64,000 nucleotides of DNA. It comes from Takakia lepidozioides. Its lineage: Eukaryota > Plantae > Bryophyta. The stretch is from contig CM060733.1 in NCBI GenBank assembly GCA_030704615.1, positions 40,610,001 through 40,674,000 on the forward strand, given 5' to 3'. A program made the position numbers and the translations under genes. Shown piece by piece: positions 1-9,541 of the stretch (its first letter is position 1; every line of letters begins with the position of its first letter). The notes below the pieces were generated by a model. It did not search any database. It saw only the letters and a program-made list of their open reading frames with translations, and was not told the origin of the DNA.

Positions 1-3000
1 GATTCCATCTTGCATTCGTGATCTGCACCCGAAGCGACACGGCGCACTGTTTTTCCATCTCTTTTTGTTGGGTGGGAGTCGGCACCGGGTGGAGGCATTG
101 CCGGAGCATGTGGCACATCTGTGCCGACAGTGCACAAGGGCACCACTCGGGATAGTGCAAGACAAAACCCTCCCTCCTCCAGCATGCTTATCTCGGTTGT
201 TGACAGCGACGTCCCAAGTTTCACAGGCCAAATTGCGGGGGGAGGGGGTTTTATTATCACCGAAGGACGAACTGTTCCCTTGACGCATCGTGCCATATCG
301 TCTAGGCAGAACCAGAACTTGTGGTCCTTTGACTCCCCACTATGATAAGGTCGGAACAACCCTGTGAATGTTGGAGCTGGAGTCCCCCTGGAGCCTTTGC
401 ATATTTTTGATTTGCATTTCTTGAAAGAGGGGGTCCGAATTGCCATGCAAGCAACTTTAGATCCTGGTGGGGTGCGTTCTATATGCCACTCACTATCAAT
501 GCAATCAGATTCCTGCACCATGGCCACCACCTCCTCCAATAGGATTCCTGCTGCTGTGCTTGCATGTTCTGCACCTGCTCCACAGGAGAAGGACCCACCT
601 GGGAAGGGGCCGGCACACGACTTAGTCTGCACTGGAGACACCTTTGGCACAGAGAAATTGACCCTGTCTGGGCGATGGGAATCTCCATCTGACCCTGGAA
701 GAGTGTTCAATTTCCTTTTGCATGATCCAAATCTTTCCTCGCCTTTCAAATGAGGGAGCCTGGATTGCAAAGGGGAGCCTTCAGTGCACCTGTTCAGAGC
801 TCTGGCCATCTTGGATGGGTCTCCGGACCTACTCGCAGCCCTTAGCATCAACAAAGTCGTACCGGGGCCTTTGCCTCCACCCCGTCCCATCAGAAAATTG
901 CGGTACCTGATTTGTTGTGTAAGTGCCTGCACCATGTCATCAGCAGTGGCCACATACAAGTCACGACCTGCTTTGGTAGATTGCTGCATCCAGGCGTTAT
1001 GAACAGTCTCCGCCAAATTACAGGATGGCATGTCGGCCAAGTCCTCCAAGGACATGTCCTGCAGGAGGCATTGCATGGAAATGTGAGGAAGGAAAGGAAA
1101 TGAAAGAGGTTCTGCAAGCGACAATCCAAGAACCCCAAATGAAGAGGCACGATGCAAAATTTCTGATTTTGGGATTCAAGAGGCTTACCGTCGTCATGAA
1201 AGCTCCCCACTGTTTGTATCTGAAGTGCCAGAAAACCAACCAGTCCTCCAACTCCTTCAGGTGGATACCAGTAGCAGCACCAGAGGAGAACCACCAAGCC
1301 CGGATTGCTTGGTAAGTGCTCTCAGCTTCTCCCATTGAGTTGGCATTTTTGTACTTGAGACAGAGCATTTTGTGCTCCAACTGAAGGTCAGGGCGAATGC
1401 AGCGCTTTGTATGACGTGCCAGAGATTGACTCCAATGGAAGAGGCATGTGCGCTCCCTACTTTCCATTGGGACCTTAGGATCCCCCGAACCAAACACGCG
1501 CCGCACTGCATTGAAATTTGCCTGTGCACTATCAGCCATGAAGCCCGCAAAATTTGTGTTTTGTATTCCATTGCGCTGCATGACGGCCAGGAGCGAATTC
1601 CACATGAGCATCTGGGATTCAGTGTCCTCCGACTGCATATCACAAATTGCTATTGAGAGCACACGCTGGTACGCTGGATCATACACATGGCACGCCATGG
1701 TTGTCCAACCCTTCACCCGTTTGCAGTGATCAAACATCAACCAGCATTTAGCCAAATCTCCTCCAGGTTGCATTCGGCGGACAATGCTCACACCACTGCC
1801 TTCGCCCATTGCGGACATCTTGAACAAATACACCTTGGACGAGCCCTGGCCAGGGAAGATACTGTTTTGAATGAATTCATAGCGACTTCTCCGTTTGAGG
1901 TCCATAATGTTGTCCATGAATCCAGCAGTGCCTGTGCCGACTCTGAGTGCATTCACCTGGTTTCGAATATTGGGAGAGCTCAACACGGAGAAATGGTCCA
2001 TCACTGCATCAAGCGAATCTGCATCCAGCATTGGTTGTGTCGAATCCCCTTCACCCAATATGTGTTTTTCCAGGAAAGCCTTGCTAGCTGCAAGCGCTAT
2101 AGCAGAAGGTGTTGCACAAGGGGCATTGTGGAACTCCTGCTTCAGCAGATTTCTAGCGATGTCCATGCTATCCCTGCAACTTCCTTTAGACACAGGATGC
2201 TCGTGTGCACCCATATGAATGCAGGCACCAGTCATTGTCTTACATCGGTGTGCCACCTGGTACATACGAGCGTGGCACACAGAAACACAGGACGGGGAAA
2301 GTTTGCAGAACCTGCACACAAAAGTATTGGTTTTGGGAGGGGCAAGTCCTGGGGTGAAAGGATTCAGGGGCACACATTCCCACTCACTTTCGTTTGGTTG
2401 AGCGCTGATTCTCAGGCGAGGGCAAGATATATTCAGGCACTTGCAATGCCCAACGCAAACCGACCTTCGAAATTTCAATCCAATGTCGTTGTGGATGTTT
2501 GACGTTTTTGTCCTGCACCAAGGGTGTCCGTCATGTTTCTTGTCCATGCCCTGCAGAAGCCCAGCCAGTCCATTGGAAGACGTGGGAGGGTTGAGCTCAA
2601 ACAAGATGTCCCCATCAAACTCTGCTGGCACGTATTGAACCCGCAACACACGAAGGGACTCCCAATCAACAAAACGCAGCTCGCTCTTGCACCCAGGCAC
2701 CCCTGCGAGGGCTTTCAATTTTGGAATGACACTCGTTATCTCTTGCAATTCGGATTCATCCAAGAATGGAGTCTGCACTGGCGGAGGAATCTCAGAAACA
2801 TCCTCCGAGGACGAGTTTGAAAGAGTCACGAATGTAGTGGATGTGCTCACCTCTTGTTTCACATGAACTGTGCCCTTTTGCTGCACGACCGATGTTGCAG
2901 TTCCAGGGGTAATGACTGATCCTGCTGATTGTCTTCTCTCTTTTCCAAGGACACGGTATGTGCCTGGAAGGATTCTCCACTTCCTTCCACACTAGCCAAC

Positions 3001-3210
3001 CAATGGTTTCTCCAAATGTCCAGAATCCAAATTCTCATCCTCGTCATACACCTCTTTTTGAACAAGCAGAGAACCCAATTCCAGTGGGAACACTGTAACC
3101 AGCTCATCCTCATGAACAACTGCAAACCCATCGTCGTCTGCAGTGGCAGTCAGTGGAAGACTATCTGCATTGGAATGAAATCGGGCTAGTCTATCTCTCT
3201 CCCTGGACAT
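1..3210 (-). CDS. MULE-family DDE transposase with N-terminal GCM-like Zn domain (2 exons: 3210-1189, 1058-<1; one in-frame TAG at 2992-2994)
   Basis: Motifs WLMFDHCKRV...FMADSAQANFNAV...CLFHW (MULE D..D..CxxH) and SCNLAETVH (catalytic E) after a GTAAG/CAG intron 1188-1059. N-terminal HPWCRTKTSN..RRSVCVGHCKC..C..CRFC..HMGAHEHP resembles a GCM domain. Colinear with the copy B transposase. Confidence 0.8.
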
Positions 3211-4104
3211 GTTTTCCTACGCTGACCGAAACTTTCGATTCACAACGGAATCCCCGAACTGATAGCCCGCAATTCTCGAAAAGGGATCCACCACAAAAAA
3301 ATTGAGGTCAACAAGGGTAGCACTAACCCAAAGGCTGCGGGCGATGCATCAAAAGGATACAGGAATGACATGCACTGAACTTTGCAGACAACCACGCTGA
3401 GAGACACCAACTAGAAAAACTGTTTTCAAATACAGGAAGCCACAAGAAGCCGTGCTGTTTTTGGATGAAAAACAAACCCTGAACATGACATGAAACCATC
3501 CTTTATGGAAAGACGGCAACAACCCTGGAGAGCAGTAAACAGGAAGACCCCAAATGTAATGAGGTTGTGTCGTGCCAGAAGAGCACAGCACAAACACTGA
3601 CACTCCAAGAGTCACCTCGCACGGATGTGTGCAACACAAGATCATTTCCGACACAACCCTTATACCGAATGACCCCATGGCGACGATGACGGAAAAATGC
3701 AAAGCACAGGGCAGGTAGTACGACACACGTGGATGTATATGTGAAGCACAACATTTATGGCGAATCTGCAAGAACTGCTCCAAATTGAACTAGCATTAGA
3801 TTTCTACGGCACTTCTGAATTTGAAACCATGCAAGAAGGCCGCCATATATTGGCAGGCGGCGAAGTACATCTGACATATATCACAAGTACATGCAACGGA
3901 TGTACATATTTTATAGCACTTTATTTCTTGAATAATACAAAGACGCCGAAATGGATGAATTCCGTTCGCACACAATAACAACACCGGCATCCAAATACGA
4001 TTGACAATGTCCAATTTTGATTTTGGTTACATGCAATATCAACCCTTGTTGCAAACGTCAAACTGGAGAGCTCTAGAGGCATCGTGGGGAGCCCTTGTTT
4101 CCAG

Positions 4105-4482
4105 CGGAGGAGGAAGAGAAGGAAGTCATTATACTTCACGAGCTCTAGAAACAGGAATAGAGCCAGATATAGAATGAGGATGGAAAGAGTGGCCGAAGAG
4201 GAAAAGGCGGAAGAAGAGGGCAAAGAGCAAAGTTCGGCGATGGAAGAGCAGGAATCCGGAGAAGAACACCAGCCTGCCATAGTTCCAAGAACAGATGAGG
4301 AGGACACTGCATCCGAGGGAGAGGCAGACGCCGAAGATGATGTTGACGCTGGCCTCACGAAGAACCTAATAGTGGAAGAGATGATGGGGGAGATGCTCCA
4401 GAACATGCGAGGCGTGGAGAGCAGTCCGAAGCGCAAAGGGTCCCCGGCGATTGGGGAGTCTTCTGGAGCAGCCAAAAAAAAG
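4105..4482 (+). CDS. Putative upstream exon of the ParB-like gene (basic NLS-like stretch then acidic low-complexity region); a further exon may lie at 3757-3864
   Basis: RRRKRRKSLYFTSSRNR matches KKRTRRKSLYYTSARQR of copy B (ORF 60310-61089). CCAG acceptor ends at 4104; AAG|GT donor at 4482 is phase 0 and compatible with the acceptor ending at 6191. Confidence 0.5.
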
Positions 4483-4607
4483 GTTCAATCTTTGAAACCC
4501 ACCTTTGTGCTTCATTGCTGATGTGAACCCAAGTTGAGATTCTATTTCGATATGAACATAGTCTACACACGACATCTCTGCCAGGTTGCATCAACCGCGA
4601 ACAAGAA

Positions 4608-6097
4608 GCTCAAACAGTGTGCGTTGACGCACACTATTTGAGCCTTCCATTTTGCTGGCTTGTTGATGTGCGAAACGGCCAAATTGGGGAACTACGGCAG
4701 GTTCAATCCACCACGAATTGGAAGCTGAAACAGTGTGCGTTGACGCACACTGTTTGAGCCCCGCATTTTACTTGGTTGATGGTGTGCAAAACGGCCAGAT
4801 AGGGCCACTATGCCCGGTTCAATCCTCCACTATTTGGCAGCTCAAGCAGTGTGCGTTGGCGCACACTGTTTGAGCCCACCTTGTCATTGTTTTTTCATCT
4901 GAAAAACGGCCACAAACGACATGTATTTGAGGATCAATCATCACTTACATGGCAGCTCAAACAATGTGTGTCAATGCACACTGTTTCAGCTCACCTTGTC
5001 ATTGTCTTTGTCATCTGAAAATCGGCCACATAGGGTATGAATTTGAGGATCAATCATCACTTACCTGGCAGCTCAAACAGTGTGCGCCAACGCACACTGT
5101 TTGAGCTACCCTTATCATTGTCTTTTTTGTTTGAAAATCGGCCACATAGGGCATGTCTCTGAGGATCGATGAACACTTATCTGGCAGCTCAAACAGTGTG
5201 CGTTGGCGCACACTGTTTGAGCCCACCTTGTCATTGTTTTTTCATCTGAAAAACGGCCACAAACGGCATGTGTTTGAGGATCAATCATCACTTACATGGC
5301 AGCTCAAACATTGTGCGTCAACGCACACTGTTTGAGCTCACCTTGTCATTGCCTTTGTCATCTGAAAGTCGGCCACATAGGGTTTGTATTTGAGGATCAA
5401 TCATCACTTACCTGGCAGCTCAAACAGTGTGCGTTGGCGCACACTGTTTGAGCCCACCTTGTCACTGTTTTTTCCCTGTGAAATTCGGCAATACAGGGCA
5501 TGTCTCTGAGGTTCAATGAACACTTACCTGGCAACTCAAACAGTGTGCGTCAACGCACACTGTTTGAGCTCACCTTGTCATTGCCTTTGTCATCTGAAAA
5601 TCGGCCACATAGGATTTGTATTTGAGGATCAATCATCACTTATCTGGCAGCTCAAACAGTGTGCGTTGGCGCACACTGTTTGAGCCCACCTTGTCACTAT
5701 TTTTTCCCTGTAAAATTCGGCAATATAGGGCATGTCTCTAAGGTTCAATGAACACTTACCTAGCAGCTCAAACAGTGTGCGTTAACGCACACTGTTTGAG
5801 CTCACCTTGTCATTGCCTTTGTCATCTGAAAATCGGCCACTAAGGGCTTCTCTTTGAGGATCAATCATCACTTACCTGGCATGTCTCTGAGGTTCAATGA
5901 ACACTTACGTGGCATGTCTCTGAGGTTCACTGAACACTTACCTTGCAGCTCAAACAGTGTGCGTCAACGCACACTGTTTGAGCTCACTTTTTCTTTTTTT
6001 TTCATCTGAAAATCGGCCACTAAGGGCTTCTCATTGAGGTTCAATGAACACTTACCTTGCAGCTCAAACAGTGTGCGTCAACGCACACTGTTTGAGC
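4608..6097. repeat. Array of 13 palindromes (36 bp, GCTCAAACAGTGTGCGTTGACGCACACTGTTTGAGC) at about 116-bp period
   Basis: Copies start at 4608, 4724, 4840, 4955, 5071, 5187, 5302, 5418, 5534, 5650, 5766, 5948 and 6062. The roughly 80-bp spacers are related to each other but less conserved than the palindrome. Confidence 0.95.
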
Positions 6098-6191
6098 TCA
6101 CCTTTTCTTCCACACATGGCCTGTCTGCCATGCTCAAACACCATCATCTCATGTCTCACTCTTATATCAATTTGAATGGACAACCCTGCAG

Positions 6192-7804
6192 GAGAAGATG
6201 CAAAGTGTGGCAGAGGAGATCCCTTCGGGGCTGGGGAAGGAGATCATTGTTGATGTTGACGATGAGTTCTATGAAAGCAAAGCCGCTGAGATACTGGGGG
6301 GTCAGAAGGTAAACTCTCAGCTTGTGGTGCAAAGTATGCTTGCCCCGGGTGGGAGGTTGAAGATTCCCCTGTGTAGGATGGTTTCCATGCCCGTCGTTCG
6401 ACCACCCCTCATCAAGGACATTCTCAAGCTAGAGGCCGAGTTTGTTCATGGGTATTTGGATGGATCCGCAGTGTTTTACGTTTGTACAAAGGATTCCAGA
6501 GGCAATGAGCTCTTTGTGGATGAGTCAATCGTGGACTCCTGGGATCCTATTTGGAGACCGGTGAACGAATCCTTCAAACTTCTTCTCTCCAGGAAACCTT
6601 CCACCCAGGCATTCTCGGGGAAGATGTTTCACGTTTGGGATGGGAACCACCGGTTGCTTGCATGGATGGCTGTCATTGGGAGGCTGCACTCACAGGAGGA
6701 AGAGTGGCATTACTCTGTTCGATCGATGGTGCTGGATTGTGAGGGGAACATGATGGGTCTTCCGACGGCAATGAATGATGTGAACAAGTTGGTTTCTCAT
6801 TCTACATGTTCCACTTGTAGTTCCGTGGTTCTTTGATTAAAATCCTTGAATTTCATTCTGACTTTCAGATATAATTCTGCAAAGGAACGGAGACATCGCA
6901 TGTCAAAACGAGTCTGGTTCACACACTGTATAGGATACAAAGGATCGGGCAGATGCCCTTGACCAACTTCAAGACCATCCTTTCAGCAGAGACGTACAAG
7001 AAGTGCAAAAGCTCCAAGACATCGGAAACGTGGTACTCGTTGACACATGAGGCTTTCATGGAGTACATGTATACGGTGAGATACATCTTCATTCATCTGC
7101 CCTTTCCATATTCCTGCTTCCACATGTTTGTTTCTGTTTGTTTCCCTTGCCCTTGGGTTGATGCAACTCTCGTGCATTCCCTTGCAGTAAGACATTGCAG
7201 ATGTAGGGGAGCGTGGCAAACTGGAATACTATAGGTCAACCCCTGAGGAGAGAAGGATAGCAAAGGGGGTTGAGAGTCACATCCAGAAAGAGATGACCGC
7301 TACAAGAAGGACTATAATGAGTGCTTTTGTGAAGCAGTTGAGAATTGCCGACCCATCATTCGGATCGCAGTTTCTCCTGGAGATAAAAAAAACCATTATA
7401 ACAAGCCAGGCAAGCCAGAGATGGCCCAGGAGAAGTTACACAGGTTGTCTACCGCCGTTGTGTCTTCAGAACAGAAGGTGAAGTGGCTACAGATATGGAA
7501 CTCTGATCCCACAGTTAGGGATACCCACATGTTCCCCAGGCCGGAGAAAGAGAAGAAGACCCAGCGTGTCATTCCTGTCAGTGACAATGTGCTGGACACA
7601 TGGCTTCACAAGGCCACTTACTGGAGCCAGGTGATATGTCCTTTCCCCTTCCCGTTCACCCAGGATTTGGTCATTTTAGCCTGCAAACAAAATTACAATG
7701 GAATACTCAAGAGGATTGAAACGATCCATGCCCACTGCAGAGAAGAAGCAAAAGAGAACACGCACCGTGCCGAGGAACTCTACAATCCTCTCCCACACTG
7801 GTGA
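6192..7804 (+). CDS. ParB/sulfiredoxin-like N-terminal domain protein (spliced; probably damaged downstream)
   Basis: KIPLCRMVSMPVVRP...GKMFHVWDGNHRLLAW contains the ParB/Srx GxxR box. Clear homolog at 63503-64000. Coding continues through ORFs 6953-7074, 7293-7481 and 7421-7804, with introns and at least one frameshift. Confidence 0.7.
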
Positions 7805-9010
7805 TGGCTCGCCCTTGTAATCAGATTTCTTGGACTCCATCATGGCAAGGAATCCGACATTGGCCATCTCCAACCTGGTAGGGCGAATGACCCTCGTCGG
7901 ATGTTCCACTGCATGGTACGGGTCCTCGGGATCAACCACCCCCTTGTTCTTTCTCACGCCCCTACCATGCGGTGGAGTCTGCTGGACATGCACCACTGGG
8001 CCAATATCTGCAACACTTCCCTGCCCTTGTGCCACCTTCCCTCTACCCCTTCCTTTCCCCACAACACCAGCAACATCTTTTCCCTTTGCCTTCTACCTCT
8101 ACCCGGGGTATCCTGAGCGGGAGGCTCCTTCTCTGCAAGAGTCCTCAAATTTCGTTCATGAATGTCGAGGTCGGCTGCTGCGGCAGTGGCTGCAATTTGC
8201 TCATTCTCTCTCCTCAAAGACACCTCCGGAGCTGGGGTCTCAGAAGGAGGGCAATCCAAATACCAACCACAAGAAGAAAGATGGTCTGGGCCCCAGTCAT
8301 GCAAGATCCCAGTAGTAAACATGGTCTGATTGCCAGCAGGGACAAGCCAGAGGTCCACGAAATCTGGATGTTTGTCCAAGCAATTCTCTTCCATGAGAAC
8401 AAACTTTATATACCTGCAGGAACAGAGACAGCCTCATTATGCAATGCAATTATTGTCTCTCAGCTTTTCCATCACACCAGGAAGACCCCCTTAAACTGTA
8501 TGCGTTATAGTACATTGCAACCACAGCACACTTGGTGGTCAAGGTCCAGGGTGTGCACCTGTAAAGGCATCGTTTCCAGGCTTCCTCTCCTTTTTCTTGC
8601 TGGTCAAGGTCATGTGTTCGACTGATGCCACCCTCCTTGCTGAACTCTCTAAAGAAACAAGAGTGCCACACTGTGGCTCTCCATTTCCTCATGTATGCTT
8701 CAAAGGAGACCTTCGGTGCTGTCATAGTGATGCCATAGTCAGCCAGCTGAGTATGAAGAACCGACCGTGACTTTTCTTCCAACTGCAAAACAATTCAAAT
8801 GCAAGAATGAACATGCCAGGTATGTGCGGGAGCATCATGGATGCTCATTAGATTTGAGAATGCCTCATAGCTCTTTGATGAGGTGGACTTCACCGTGATG
8901 GATTCACCAACCATTCTTCTAGCATGAATGATTTGGAGACCAACGACCAAATGATGCGAGAATGTTGTACACGAACCAAAGTCGTTTGTTTGTTTTTGCA
9001 ATGCACTCAA
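7800..9010 (-). pseudogene. Third, unidentified gene of element A, convergent with the ParB-like gene (fragmented ORFs)
   Basis: Chain of protein-like minus-strand ORFs 8795-9010, 8450-8788, 7954-8394 and 7676-8062 inside the element boundary; no recognisable family motif. Confidence 0.35.
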
Positions 9011-9404
9011 GTCTGTGAGGTCCAGAAAACACTAAACAGATTGAAGGAACAATCCGGGCAGTCCATGCAACCCCCATCTCCAACAATAGTTTGTTCCCAT
9101 TAATGTGCATTCCACGCACACATTGCAAACAAGACAACAAGGACACACAACCATCCCATTTCAAATTTGGCCCCGAATATTCTCTTTTCCTGTCCTTCTC
9201 TTTCCATTGCCTCTCACATTCGCTGTGATTTTTTTTGGGAGTAAGAAAAGATTTCGCAAGGTTCCGCTTTAGATCATGTCAGTGTGCACCTCCTCACGAC
9301 GTACCCACATAAACTTGTGAGGGCTTGGTATGTTGATAACGTCTGCATGGATGCAATGGATACAATGGATGTAACATATCCACTCTGCATTCCCGGGAAA
9401 TGGC

Positions 9405-9541
9405 TGATCAACCCGCGGAAATAGGTGACACCCGCGGAAATAGGCCCTGTATGTATGCTGACGTGGCGTGAGCCTGTGCTAGGCTCACGGTTTCCTGGGC
9501 TCACAGGCTCACGGCTCCAGGCTCACGGAATAGCACCCCCC
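9405..9541. repeat. Subterminal repeats and probable right terminus of element A
   Basis: Two copies of ACCCGCGGAAATAGG and five GCTCAC/GTGAGC motifs, ending in a C run; abrupt switch to LINE sequence at 9542. Confidence 0.55.

Larger units (their letters stand above)
1..9541. mobile_element. Mutator-like (MULE) DNA transposon copy A, left part outside window; carries transposase, palindrome array, ParB-like gene and a third unknown gene
   Basis: Same gene order and homologous proteins as copy B (43632-64000). Right end reads GGGGGTGCTATTCCGTGAGC on the minus strand with repeated GTGAGC motifs, resembling the left end of copy B (GAGGGCAGCAAAGCTGTGAGC). TSD not checkable. Confidence 0.75.

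Noticed and set aside
1687-2502. 271-aa plus-strand ORF and similar long ORFs antisense to the transposase or pol
   Set aside because: Shadow frames of real coding sequence, with no motifs.
4608-6097. CRISPR array (36-bp palindromic repeats, regular spacing)
   Set aside because: Spacers are about 80 bp and homologous to each other, there are no cas genes, and the context is a eukaryotic transposon.
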